Assembly: GCF_000012345.1 (NCBI RefSeq)
Contig: NC_007205.1
Coordinates: 240,001-272,000, forward strand
Length of the DNA: 32,000 nucleotides
Reading direction: 5' to 3'
Origin: Candidatus Pelagibacter ubique HTCC1062
GTDB taxonomy: Bacteria > Pseudomonadota > Alphaproteobacteria > Pelagibacterales > Pelagibacteraceae
Shown here: positions 12,166-21,173 of the stretch, in pieces
How positions within the stretch are numbered: position 1 is the stretch's first letter
How the letters are laid out: each line of letters opens with the position of its first letter
Position numbers and translations under genes: made by a program
Notes under the pieces: model-generated
What the model was told of the DNA's origin: nothing
Databases searched by the model: none
Seen by the model: only the letters and a program-made list of their open reading frames with translations

Positions 12166-13929
12166 TTAACTAAATTTAAAATTCATTATATAGTCACTTC
12201 CTGATGTGGCTGTTTTAAAATGACTTTCGGCTCTTGGTAAAACTCTTTTAAAATAAAAATTTGCAGTCTGTATTTTATCTTCATAAAAGTCTTTGTTTTG
12301 TTCATAATCTTTAAAACTTACCTCTAAAACTTTTATCCACGAATGTGCTATGGACACAAACCCCAATGCTTTTAAATAGTCATTGCATGCTGCGCTTGCA
12401 TCGTCTTTTGAGTTTTGCACTTTTTCTTTAATCCAATCAGTAAAAGTAGATAATATCTCTAGATGCGTTTTTAATTCTTTTATAAAAGGTTTTAATTTTT
12501 CATTTTCAGTACTGCAATCATTCTTGATCAGTTCTAAATATTTATCGATTATATCACCATTTTTATTTACCAATTTTCTAAAAACTAGATCAGCTGCTTG
12601 GATAGAATTTGTTCCCTCATAAATTGGGGTGATTCTATTATCTCTATATAATTGCTCTATACCTTGATCTTTCGTGTAGCCATAACCACCATGAACCTGC
12701 ATAGCCTCACTGGTTATTTCCATTCCCATATCACTAAACATCGTTTTAACCACAGGTGTCATTAACGACACAAGATCTGAAGCTTCTTGTTTAATTTTTT
12801 CATCTGGGTGATAAAGGCTAACTTCTGTTTGTTGAGACAGCCAAAAACATAAAGCTCTTTCGCCCTCAATAATAGATTTCATATTAAGCAAAGATTTTCT
12901 AATATCTGCATGTTCAATTATAAAATCTGCTCCATTAGTTGATTTTGTATTATTTGTTTTTCCTTGTTTTCGTTCTTTTGCGTAACTCAAAGAGTTTTGA
13001 TAGGCAATTTCAGAAATCCCCAAGCCTTGGATTCCTACAACAATTCTCTCTAAATTCATCATAGTAAACATTGCGTTTAAGCCTTTATTCTTCAATCCGA
13101 TCATATAACCAGTTGCATCATCAAAATTTAATACACATGTAGCAGAACCTTTGATTCCCATTTTACTTTCTATAGACCCTGTAGAAACTCCATTTCTAGC
13201 TCCAATAGATCCATCTTCATTTACTAAAAATTTAGGTACTAAGAATAAACTTATTCCTTTTGTGCCTGCTGGTGAGTCAGCTGCTCTTGCAATAACTAAG
13301 TGGATAATATTTTCAGTTAAATCTTGATCACCTGATGTAATAAAAATTTTCTGTCCACTTAACTTAAAAGTTCCATCAGATTGTTCAATAGCTTTAGTTT
13401 TTAGAAGACCTAAATCAGTTCCACAAACTGGTTCAGTAAGGCACATCGTACCACTCCATTTTCCTTCAACCATTTTTGGAAGGTATTTTTCTTTTATTTC
13501 ATCTGTAGCGTGATGAGAAATACAATTATATGCACCAATACTTAACTCACTATAAAGTTTAAATGATAAACTTGCAGATGATAACATTTCGTCAAAAAAA
13601 GCACTTACTGTTTTTGGCATTCCTTGTCCTCCATATTTTGGATCACAAGAAAGTGAAGTCCAACCATCTTCTATATATTTAGAATAAGCTTCTTTGTAGC
13701 CTGGCGGTGTTCTAACCACACCATTCTCTAGAACTGTTGGATTTTCATCACCTGATTTTGCTAATGGTAATATTAAGTTTTGATTAATCTTGGCTGCTTC
13801 TTCTAAAATATCTTTTACTAATTCTGAATTAACCTCTTTATACTTTTCCAGATCATTATAATTTTTATTATTTCTTAATTTATCAAAAAGAAACATCATG
13901 TCTTCGACTGGAGCAGTATAATTTGGCAT
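12166..13929 (-). CDS. dmdC: Large acyl-CoA dehydrogenase; probable MMPA-CoA dehydrogenase
   Basis: 587 aa. ACAD core (...YRDNRITPIYEGTNSIQ...) with a long C-terminal extension. It sits 1 nt upstream of dmdB. Confidence 0.78.
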   Translation of the reverse strand: MPNYTAPVEDMMFLFDKLRNNKNYNDLEKYKEVNSELVKDILEEAAKINQNLILPLAKSGDENPTVLENGVVRTPPGYKEAYSKYIEDGWTSLSCDPKYGGQGMPKTVSAFFDEMLSSASLSFKLYSELSIGAYNCISHHATDEIKEKYLPKMVEGKWSGTMCLTEPVCGTDLGLLKTKAIEQSDGTFKLSGQKIFITSGDQDLTENIIHLVIARAADSPAGTKGISLFLVPKFLVNEDGSIGARNGVSTGSIESKMGIKGSATCVLNFDDATGYMIGLKNKGLNAMFTMMNLERIVVGIQGLGISEIAYQNSLSYAKERKQGKTNNTKSTNGADFIIEHADIRKSLLNMKSIIEGERALCFWLSQQTEVSLYHPDEKIKQEASDLVSLMTPVVKTMFSDMGMEITSEAMQVHGGYGYTKDQGIEQLYRDNRITPIYEGTNSIQAADLVFRKLVNKNGDIIDKYLELIKNDCSTENEKLKPFIKELKTHLEILSTFTDWIKEKVQNSKDDASAACNDYLKALGFVSIAHSWIKVLEVSFKDYEQNKDFYEDKIQTANFYFKRVLPRAESHFKTATSGSDYIMNFKFS

Positions 13930-13955
13930 TCCAGAACTCTAGAATAATTATTTAA

Positions 13956-15062
13956 TTATTGCAATTTTGAAATGATTGCATCACCCATAGCTGATGTTGA
14001 TACTTCTTTTTTTCCCTGAGAAAGAATATCTTTTGTTCTAAGACCATCATTTAAGACATCTTGCACAGCTTTTTCTAAAGCATCAGCTTCACTATCTAAA
14101 TCTAAAGAGTATCTTAAAGCCATTGCAAAACTTAAAATTGAGGCTATTGGGTTTGCAATTTCTTTTCCAGCAATATCCGGTGCAGAACCATGAATAGGCT
14201 CATACATAGCTCTCATTTCTCCATCTTTATTTTTTGCACCTAAAGAAGCAGATGGTAATAAACCTAGAGATCCCGTTAACATTGAGGCTTGATCGGAAAG
14301 CATGTCTCCAAATAAATTGTCCGTAACAATTACATCAAACTGCTTTGGGTTTTTTAATAATTGCATTGCACAATTATCAGCAAGCATATGACTTAATTCT
14401 ACATCTTTATATTCTTTGTCGTGTAGTTCTTGAACTTCTTCTTTCCAAAGTTGTCCTGCTTCCATTACATTTGACTTTTCACATGAAGTAACTCTATTTG
14501 ATCTCTTTCTTGCTAAATCAAAAGCTACTTTTGCAACTCTAACTATTTCGCTAGTTGTGTAGGAATGGGTATTAATCCCTTTTCTTTCACCATTTTCTAT
14601 CGGCTTAATTCCTCTTGGTTCACCAAAATAAATTCCACCTGTTAATTCTCTAACTATCATAATATCTAATCCAGACACGATTTCTGGTTTTAAGGTTGAG
14701 GCATCAACTAATTGTTCAAAACAAATTGCAGGTCTTAAATTTGCAAATAGTTTTAATTCTTTTCTTAATTTTAATAAGGCTCTTTCAGGCTTTTTTGAAA
14801 ACTCTAAGTTATCCCATTTTGGTCCACCAACTGCACCTAACATAACAAATTCACTTTCTAGAGCTTTGTAAAAAACTTCATCCGTGATTGGTGTCCCATG
14901 CTTGTCATAAGAACAACCTCCAGCTAAATCTTCATCAATTTCAAAATCTAGAGATTTATTTGAATTCAACCATAAAATAACTTTTTTAACTTCTTGAATA
15001 ACCTCGGGTCCAATACCATCGCCTGGTAAAAGTAAAATTTTTCTTTTTTTAATTTTTATCAT
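13956..15062 (-). CDS. leuB: 3-isopropylmalate dehydrogenase
   Basis: 368 aa with motifs [10 protein letters not shown] and NLFGDMLSD. Its start overlaps the leuD end by 14 nt. Confidence 0.96.
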   Translation of the reverse strand: MIKIKKRKILLLPGDGIGPEVIQEVKKVILWLNSNKSLDFEIDEDLAGGCSYDKHGTPITDEVFYKALESEFVMLGAVGGPKWDNLEFSKKPERALLKLRKELKLFANLRPAICFEQLVDASTLKPEIVSGLDIMIVRELTGGIYFGEPRGIKPIENGERKGINTHSYTTSEIVRVAKVAFDLARKRSNRVTSCEKSNVMEAGQLWKEEVQELHDKEYKDVELSHMLADNCAMQLLKNPKQFDVIVTDNLFGDMLSDQASMLTGSLGLLPSASLGAKNKDGEMRAMYEPIHGSAPDIAGKEIANPIASILSFAMALRYSLDLDSEADALEKAVQDVLNDGLRTKDILSQGKKEVSTSAMGDAIISKLQ

Positions 15063-15660
15063 TAAATATCCATGGTTTATTATTCTTTAGATTTTCTTCA
15101 AAAGTTATAATTTTTTCTTTTTTGGCTAACGATAGTGCAATATCATCAAGTCCTTCTAACAAACATTTTTTCTTAAAAGGATCAATATCAAACTTGATTT
15201 CACTATTTCCAAAAATTATTTTTTCTTCATTTAAGTCTATTGAAATTTCTTCTTTTCTTTTTGAATACTCTGATAATTCTTTTATTTTTTCTTCTGGCAG
15301 AGTAATTGGTAAAATTCCATTTTTGAAACAGTTGCTGTAAAAAATATCGGCATAACTAGAGCTTATCACACATGTTATTCCAAAATCTAGCAGTGCCCAA
15401 GGTGCATGTTCTCTTGATGAGCCACAGCCAAAATTTTTTCCTGCGATTAATATTTTTGATTGATTGTGAGGTTTTTGATTTAGAATAAAATCTTTAATTT
15501 CATTTCCATTATCATCGTATCTCATTTCAAAAAATAAGTTTTTTCCTAACCCTGTTCTTTTAATCGTTTTAAGAAATTGTTTTGGAATAATCATATCTGT
15601 ATCAATATTTACTATTGGTAAATATGCTGGGATACTAGTAAGTGAATTAAATTTTTGCAT
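15049..15660 (-). CDS. leuD: 3-isopropylmalate dehydratase small subunit
   Basis: Motifs NIDTDMIIP and [17 protein letters not shown]. The ORF track starts at 15687, but that would overlap leuC by 26 nt. The ATG at 15660 (MQKFNSLTS...) fits the usual LeuD N-terminus and lies 1 nt after the leuC stop. Confidence 0.9.
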   Translation of the reverse strand: MQKFNSLTSIPAYLPIVNIDTDMIIPKQFLKTIKRTGLGKNLFFEMRYDDNGNEIKDFILNQKPHNQSKILIAGKNFGCGSSREHAPWALLDFGITCVISSSYADIFYSNCFKNGILPITLPEEKIKELSEYSKRKEEISIDLNEEKIIFGNSEIKFDIDPFKKKCLLEGLDDIALSLAKKEKIITFEENLKNNKPWIFNDKN

Positions 15661-15661
15661 T

Positions 15662-17065
15662 TTAGTTTTGATACTTTCTAACATCATCTAAGTTTCCAGA
15701 AATTGCAGCTGCAGCTGCCATTCCAGGACTTACTAAATGTGTTCTTCCACCTCTACCTTGTCTTCCTTCAAAGTTTCTGTTTGAAGTTGAGGCGCATCTT
15801 TCTCCTGGTTTTAATTTATCAGCATTCATGGCAAGACACATAGAACAGCCAGGCTCTCTCCATTCAAAACCTGAAGCTATAAATATTTTATCTAAACCTT
15901 CCTGCTCTGCTTGTTCTTTAACCAAACCTGAGCCCGGAACAACCATTGCCTGAACATGGGACGCTTTCTTTTTATCTTTTAATATTTTGGCAGCTTCCCT
16001 TAAATCTTCAATTCTACCATTTGTACAACTTCCTATGAAAACCTTATCAATCTTAATATCTGTAGCTAGTGTATCAGCTTTTAAGCCCATATAATTTAAT
16101 GATCTTTCTAAAGAGTTCTTTTTATCTTCATCCTGTTCATTTTTAGGATTTGGAACTTTGCCATCTATAGTGATTACATCTTGTGGAGAGGTTCCCCAAG
16201 TAATCATCGGTAAAATATCTTCTGCAACTAAGTTGATTTCTTTATCAAATTTAGCTCCATCATCAGTTTTTAAACTTTCCCAATATTTCATAGCCTTATC
16301 CCAATTTTCATTTTTTGGAGACATCGGTTTACCCTTTAAATATTCAAATATTTTTTCATCAGGAGCAATTAACCCTGCTCTTGCTCCTCCTTCAATAGTC
16401 ATATTGCAAATAGTCATTCGTTGCTCTACGCTTAAAGATGAAATTAGACTGCCGGCATACTCAATAACTGATCCTGTTCCTCCCGCAGTTCCAATCTGTC
16501 CTATAATTTGCAAGATTACATCTTTAGAGGTAACTCCAATAGGAAGTTTTCCGTTAACATTGATTCTAAAATTTTTTGCTTTTTTTTGAACTAATGTTTG
16601 TGTTGCTAGAACATGTTCTACTTCTGAGGTCCCAATTCCAAATGCCAAAGCACCAAATGCACCATGTGTTGCTGTGTGGCTATCTCCACAAACAATTACT
16701 GTACCAGGTTGTGTAAAACCTTGTTCTGGACCAATTATGTGAACAATTCCTTGTCTCTTGTCATTCATTCCTAAATATTGAACTCCAAATTCCTTACAAT
16801 TGCTTTCTAAGGTATCTACTTGAATTTTAGACTCTGCATCCGCTATTCCTTTAGATCTATCAGTAGTTGGAACATTATGGTCTGCAACTGCTAGTGTTAA
16901 GCCAGGTTGTCTAACTTTTCTATTAGAGTTTCTTAATCCTTCAAAAGCTTGTGGGCTTGTTACTTCATGTACTAAATGTCGATCAACAAATAATAGTGCT
17001 GTACCATCATCTTGTTGATCTACTAAATGATCATTCCAAATTTTATCGTAAAGAGTTAAAGGCAT
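15662..17065 (-). CDS. leuC: 3-isopropylmalate dehydratase large subunit
   Basis: 467 aa, aconitase family. Fe-S ligand regions GSCTNGR and CSMCLAMN. Confidence 0.97.
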   Translation of the reverse strand: MPLTLYDKIWNDHLVDQQDDGTALLFVDRHLVHEVTSPQAFEGLRNSNRKVRQPGLTLAVADHNVPTTDRSKGIADAESKIQVDTLESNCKEFGVQYLGMNDKRQGIVHIIGPEQGFTQPGTVIVCGDSHTATHGAFGALAFGIGTSEVEHVLATQTLVQKKAKNFRINVNGKLPIGVTSKDVILQIIGQIGTAGGTGSVIEYAGSLISSLSVEQRMTICNMTIEGGARAGLIAPDEKIFEYLKGKPMSPKNENWDKAMKYWESLKTDDGAKFDKEINLVAEDILPMITWGTSPQDVITIDGKVPNPKNEQDEDKKNSLERSLNYMGLKADTLATDIKIDKVFIGSCTNGRIEDLREAAKILKDKKKASHVQAMVVPGSGLVKEQAEQEGLDKIFIASGFEWREPGCSMCLAMNADKLKPGERCASTSNRNFEGRQGRGGRTHLVSPGMAAAAAISGNLDDVRKYQN

Positions 17066-17076
17066 TGAAAAAAAAA

Positions 17077-17571
17077 TTATTTTTTTTCTTCTGATTTTTC
17101 TATTTTTGGTTCTGCTTGAACTTCTGTTTGTTTTTCTGCTTCTGCAGCTACTGGTGCTAAAGTTTCTTCTGTTACCATTTCTGGTTTAACATCAACTTCT
17201 ATACCAATTTTTTTTCTAATTTTTTCTGCAATTCTAGCTGATTTACCTGTTCTGTCTCTTAGGTAATATAATTTTGCTCTTCTAACTTTACCATGACGGA
17301 TAACTGTAATTGTATCTATAACAGTACCATATAGCGGAAATGTTCTTTCAACACCTTCACCAAATGAAATTTTTCTAACTGTGAATGAAGAATTTATATC
17401 TCTGTTTTTTCTAGCTATACACACACCTTCAAAATATTGAATTCTATCTTTTTTACCCTCTGTAATTCTAACACCAACTTTTATTACATCTCCTGGAAAA
17501 AAATCTGGGATTTTCTTCTCAGATAGTATTTTTTTAACGTTTAGTTGATTTATTTCTTCAATTGTTTTCAT
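17077..17571 (-). CDS. rplS: 50S ribosomal protein L19 with an acidic/Lys-rich C-terminal tail
   Basis: L19 core ([16 protein letters not shown]...[11 protein letters not shown]). The ORF track begins at a TTG (17586). The first ATG (17571, [10 protein letters not shown]...) is the more likely start. About 40 residues lie beyond the usual L19 end. Confidence 0.9.
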   Translation of the reverse strand: MKTIEEINQLNVKKILSEKKIPDFFPGDVIKVGVRITEGKKDRIQYFEGVCIARKNRDINSSFTVRKISFGEGVERTFPLYGTVIDTITVIRHGKVRRAKLYYLRDRTGKSARIAEKIRKKIGIEVDVKPEMVTEETLAPVAAEAEKQTEVQAEPKIEKSEEKK

Positions 17572-17587
17572 ATTAGTATTTATCAAA

Positions 17588-18274
17588 TTAATTTTTCTTA
17601 TATTTTTCCCATAAATCTGGTCTTCGGACGCGTGTTATAGCCTCTGATTGTGATAAACGCCAGTCTTTAATTTTGTTGTGATCTCCTGATAATAGCACTT
17701 CTGGAACGCTTTTTTCCTCCCAAATTTGAGGTTTTGTGTATTGAGGATACTCCAAAAGTCCGTTCTCAAAACTCTCATCATTCTTTGATTGTTCATTTCC
17801 TAAGACACCTGGAAGCAATCTTAGAACACTATCTAGTACAACAAATGCTGCTGTTTCACCTCCAGATAAAATAAAATCTCCTATGCTAAGTTCTTCTATA
17901 TTCCTTGTAGATAACAACCTTTCATCAACACCTTCAAAATGACCACAAATTAAACTAATAGATTTTTCTTTAGACAGTTCTAGTGCTAATTTCTGATCAA
18001 GCTTTTTTCCTTTTGGTGATAAATAAAAAATTCTTTCTCCTTCTTTTTTATTTTCATCAAGAGATTTTGCTAAAATGTCAGCTTTCAACAGCATTCCAGA
18101 TCCACCTCCAAAAGGGGTGTCGTCTACTGTTTTATGTTTGTCCTCAGCAGCCTCTCTAAAATTTACAACTTTTAAATCCCAAATTTTATTTGTTAAAGCT
18201 TTTCCATATAGCCCTTTATTTAAAGGGCCAGGAAAAAAATCAGGATAGAGTGTGAATATCTGAGCTTGCCACAT
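17588..18274 (-). CDS. trmD: tRNA (guanine37-N1)-methyltransferase
   Basis: 228 aa with full-length TrmD similarity (FPGPL...[11 protein letters not shown]...[11 protein letters not shown]...[11 protein letters not shown]). Confidence 0.95.
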   Translation of the reverse strand: MWQAQIFTLYPDFFPGPLNKGLYGKALTNKIWDLKVVNFREAAEDKHKTVDDTPFGGGSGMLLKADILAKSLDENKKEGERIFYLSPKGKKLDQKLALELSKEKSISLICGHFEGVDERLLSTRNIEELSIGDFILSGGETAAFVVLDSVLRLLPGVLGNEQSKNDESFENGLLEYPQYTKPQIWEEKSVPEVLLSGDHNKIKDWRLSQSEAITRVRRPDLWEKYKKN

Positions 18275-18282
18275 GAATCCAA

Positions 18283-18816
18283 CTATTTAGCTTCTTCCTT
18301 TGGAGCTTCTGCTGCTGGTGCTGCTTCTGCTTTAGGAGCTTCTTCCTTTGGAGCTTCTGCTGCTGGTGCTGCTTCTGCTTTAGGAGCTTCTTCCTTTGGA
18401 GCTTCTGCTGCTGGTGCTGCTTCTGCTTTAGGAGCTTCTTCCTTTGGAGCTTCTGCTGCTGGTGCTGCTTCTGCTTTAGGAGCTGCTGCTGGTGCTGCTT
18501 CGTCTCCTTCTTTTTTTCTTTCTTTTTTAGGAATAGCTTTACTTGGATTACTACCGTTTGCAGGCATTGCTATAATACCATTTTCACCTAAAATTCTTGC
18601 AACTCTAGTAGTTGGTTGAGCACCTTGACCTAACCAATATTTAATTCTTTCTGCTTCTAGTCCTACTCTTTCTTTTTTATCTTTTGGTAAAAGTGGATTA
18701 AAGAATCCTACCTTCTCAATAAATCTTCCATCTCTTGCACGACGACTGTCAGCTATAACTACTTTATATACCGGTCTTTTCTTTGTTCCACCTCTTGATA
18801 GTCTTATTTTTATCAT
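18283..18816 (-). CDS. rpsP: 30S ribosomal protein S16 with a long repetitive Ala/Glu/Pro/Lys C-terminal extension
   Basis: The N-terminal ~80 aa are canonical S16 ([20 protein letters not shown]...). The remaining ~95 aa are low complexity and include 4 exact 16-aa repeats. Confidence 0.93.
   Translation of the reverse strand: MIKIRLSRGGTKKRPVYKVVIADSRRARDGRFIEKVGFFNPLLPKDKKERVGLEAERIKYWLGQGAQPTTRVARILGENGIIAMPANGSNPSKAIPKKERKKEGDEAAPAAAPKAEAAPAAEAPKEEAPKAEAAPAAEAPKEEAPKAEAAPAAEAPKEEAPKAEAAPAAEAPKEEAK
18289..18501. repeat. Perfect tandem repeat, 4 x 48 bp plus a partial fifth copy, inside the rpsP 3' half
   Basis: The unit agcttcttcctttggagcttctgctgctggtgctgcttctgctttagg occurs identically at 18289-18336, 18337-18384, 18385-18432 and 18433-18480. 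A truncated copy lies at 18481-18501. The unit encodes [16 protein letters not shown] on the minus strand. Confidence 0.97.
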
Positions 18817-18830
18817 TTTTTTTCCTTTTT

Positions 18831-20189
18831 TTATTTAAGTTGATTTAGTAGCTCTGGAGGTATTCCTTTATCAGACATACCCTTCAGGTTTCCTTTTGAC
18901 ATCTTCTTCATCATTTCAGACATCATTTTAAATTGCTTAAGCAATTTATTGATAGTGGCCGCATCTGTTCCAGAGCCATTAGCAATTCTTTTTTTCCTAG
19001 AACCATCTATGATTTTAGGATTCCCTCTTTCTTTTTTGGTCATAGACAAAATTATTGCTTCGTTTTGAGTAATAATACTTTCATCAATTCCCGCAGCATC
19101 CATCTGTGACTTCATCTTTGAAACACCTGGCATAAATGACATTATTCCTTCTATACCACCCATTTTTTTCATTTGTCTTAGTTGGGATAGATAGTCCTCC
19201 ATAGAAAATTGTCCTTTTTTCAAATTTTCTTCAGCTTTTTTTAAATTTTCTTCACCAAGATCTTCTGCTGCTTTTTCTACAAGGGAAACAATATCTCCCA
19301 TTCCTAGTATTCTATTTGCTATTCTATCTGGATGAAAAACTTCTAAGTTTTCTATTTTTTCTCCTACCCCTAAAAACTTAATTGGCACTTGAGAAACATA
19401 TTTCATACTAAGAGCTGCACCACCTCTTGCATCACCATCGGCTCTAGTTAAAACAATGCCTGTTAAGTTTACCGTATTTTTAAATTCTTTTGCAACTTCT
19501 GCAGCAACTTGCCCTGTTAAAGAATCTGCAACTAAAAATGTTTCAGTTGGATTGATTATATTCTCTATTTGTTTAATTTCGCTCATCATCTGAAGGTCAA
19601 TTTGAGTTCTACCAGCTGTATCAAACAATATAATTTCTGCTCCATTTAAGCTTGCAGCACTAACTGCTCTTCTACAAATGTCTGCTGGTAATTGTCCTTC
19701 AATTATAGGGAGTGTTAAAATATTATTTTGTTCTCCTAAAGACCTTAATTGTTCTTGGGCAGCAGGCCTGTAAACATCAAGGCTAACCATCATTATCTTT
19801 TTCTTTTTATTTTTTTCTAAGTATTTGGCTAATTTTGCTGTTGTTGTAGTTTTACCAGAACCTTGAAGACCAACTAGCATCATTGGAACTGGCGGAACTG
19901 CATTTAAATTAATATCTGTGTTGCTTTCGCCTAAAAGGCTTACTAGTTCATCATAAACAATTTTAACAACCATATCTCCTGGTGAAGTTGATCTGATTAT
20001 CTCTTGACCTAATACTTTAGGTTTAACTTTTGCTATAAAATCTTTAGCTACATCTAAAGAGACATCAGCTTCTAAGAGGGCCTGCCTAATAGCCCTTAAA
20101 CCTTCATCTACTTGCTTTTCGTCAAGTGAAGGTGCTTTTTTTAAAGAAGAAAAAATTTCTTCGAATTTATTTGTTAAGTTTTCAAACAT
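18831..20189 (-). CDS. ffh: Signal recognition particle protein Ffh
   Basis: 452 aa. NG domain [10 protein letters not shown] / DTAGR / TRADGD and a Met-rich M domain. Confidence 0.97.
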   Translation of the reverse strand: MFENLTNKFEEIFSSLKKAPSLDEKQVDEGLRAIRQALLEADVSLDVAKDFIAKVKPKVLGQEIIRSTSPGDMVVKIVYDELVSLLGESNTDINLNAVPPVPMMLVGLQGSGKTTTTAKLAKYLEKNKKKKIMMVSLDVYRPAAQEQLRSLGEQNNILTLPIIEGQLPADICRRAVSAASLNGAEIILFDTAGRTQIDLQMMSEIKQIENIINPTETFLVADSLTGQVAAEVAKEFKNTVNLTGIVLTRADGDARGGAALSMKYVSQVPIKFLGVGEKIENLEVFHPDRIANRILGMGDIVSLVEKAAEDLGEENLKKAEENLKKGQFSMEDYLSQLRQMKKMGGIEGIMSFMPGVSKMKSQMDAAGIDESIITQNEAIILSMTKKERGNPKIIDGSRKKRIANGSGTDAATINKLLKQFKMMSEMMKKMSKGNLKGMSDKGIPPELLNQLK

Positions 20190-20212
20190 ATTTATTACGC
20201 ACAGCAGTTTCG

Positions 20213-20315
20213 CACTAGTGGGCGAATATCGCTGACTAGTGTTGATCTCTTTGTTTCCAAAGACACCACAAATTTAACGTTTTTGTGGAAACGAAATCAA
20301 CCTATAATAGAGGTT
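20213..20315. other. Candidate structured RNA or leader element in the divergent ffh/dapF spacer (three abutting hairpins)
   Basis: H1: cactagt (20213-19) pairs with actagtg (20235-41), enclosing gcga/tcgc (20222-25 / 20229-32). H2: gttgat (20241-46) pairs with atcaac (20296-301), with inner gtttc/gaaac and cacaaa/tttgtg pairs. H3: aacct (20299-303) pairs with aggtt (20311-15). Line 20201-20260 is 45% GC by hand count, against about 28% background. The strand is undetermined. Confidence 0.35.
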
Positions 20316-20348
20316 CAAAAAGTCAATAAATAAGTTAAATATCTGTAT

Positions 20349-21173
20349 ATGGATATTAAAGCATTTAAAATGGATGGTTTAGGCAATGATTTTGTAATTA
20401 TTGATCAAAGAAGCCAAGATTTTAATTTAGATAAAGATCAAATAATTAAGATATGTGATCGTAGTTTTATTGGATGCGATCAACTCATCCTAATTAAGAA
20501 AAATAAAGAAATAGATGCAAATGTAGAATTTTTTAATTCAGATGGAAGCATATCTGGTGCTTGTGGAAATGGCACTAGGTGTGTTGCAGATCTTCTATCA
20601 AAAGAAAGTGGTAAAAAAGAAATAACGCTCTTAACAACTTCTGGCTCACTAAAATCAAAAATTTTAGGAAATAATTTAGTCGAGACTGAAATTGGTATAC
20701 CAAAAGTTAATTGGCAAGAAATTCCATTAAGTAAGCAGCTAGATACTCAAGACTTAAAAATTGAAATTATAGATAGAAATAATACCAAACATATTGGTGG
20801 AATAGCCATAAATGTAGGCAATCCGCACATAATTTTTTTTGTAGATGATATTGAAGCATTTGACTTAAAAAATATTGGTCCGAAAATTGAAAATCATCCT
20901 CTATTTCCTGAAAAATGTAATGTGACCCTAGCCAAAGTTATAAATAGAAATTTAATAAAAGTAAAAGTTTGGGAAAGAGGAGCTGGACTTACCAAGGCTT
21001 GTGGGACGGCAGCTTGTGCAACAGCTGTTGCAGCTAACATTAATAATCTGGTAGAAAAAACTACAGATATAGAGTTTGTCTTAGGTAGTTTAACAATTTC
21101 TATTGATGAAAGAAATAGCATTCATATGAAAGGACCTGTGTCTGATATTAAAAATATCAACATTAAGTTGTAA
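20349..21173 (+). CDS. dapF: Diaminopimelate epimerase
   Basis: 274 aa. N-terminal FKMDGLGNDFVIID and two catalytic Cys regions (GACGNGTRC and KACGTAACA). Confidence 0.95.
   Translation: MDIKAFKMDGLGNDFVIIDQRSQDFNLDKDQIIKICDRSFIGCDQLILIKKNKEIDANVEFFNSDGSISGACGNGTRCVADLLSKESGKKEITLLTTSGSLKSKILGNNLVETEIGIPKVNWQEIPLSKQLDTQDLKIEIIDRNNTKHIGGIAINVGNPHIIFFVDDIEAFDLKNIGPKIENHPLFPEKCNVTLAKVINRNLIKVKVWERGAGLTKACGTAACATAVAANINNLVEKTTDIEFVLGSLTISIDERNSIHMKGPVSDIKNINIKL

Noticed and set aside
15661-15687. Longer leuD start (ORF-track Met at 15687)
   Set aside because: It would overlap leuC by 26 nt and add nine residues not typical of LeuD. The ATG at 15660 gives the usual MQKF... N-terminus directly after the leuC stop.
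18289-18501. Possible CRISPR array, suggested by regularly spaced identical repeats
   Set aside because: The repeats are directly adjacent with no spacers. They lie in frame inside rpsP. No cas genes are nearby.
18266-18619. 117-aa plus-strand ORF (Ala/Ser/Gly-rich) listed in the ORF track
   Set aside because: It is the antisense shadow of the rpsP tandem repeat. Its periodic sequence mirrors the 48-bp unit exactly. The minus-strand frame has a canonical S16 N-terminus and fits the operon.
20303-20308. Perfect TATAAT hexamer 41 nt upstream of the dapF ATG, as a -10 box
   Set aside because: The best upstream -35-like hexamer (TTGTGG, 20283-88) leaves only a 14-nt spacer. In about 30% GC DNA, TATAAT occurs by chance often. 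It may still be a promoter, but I cannot support the call.
20190-20348. SRP RNA (4.5S/ffs) between ffh and ftsY
   Set aside because: The location is attractive, but neither strand contains the conserved domain IV core (the GGAA-type tetraloop flanked by the AGG / AGCA symmetric-loop motif, e.g. GGUCCGGAAGGAAGCAGCC). I also saw no tRNA-like T-loop or acceptor structure.
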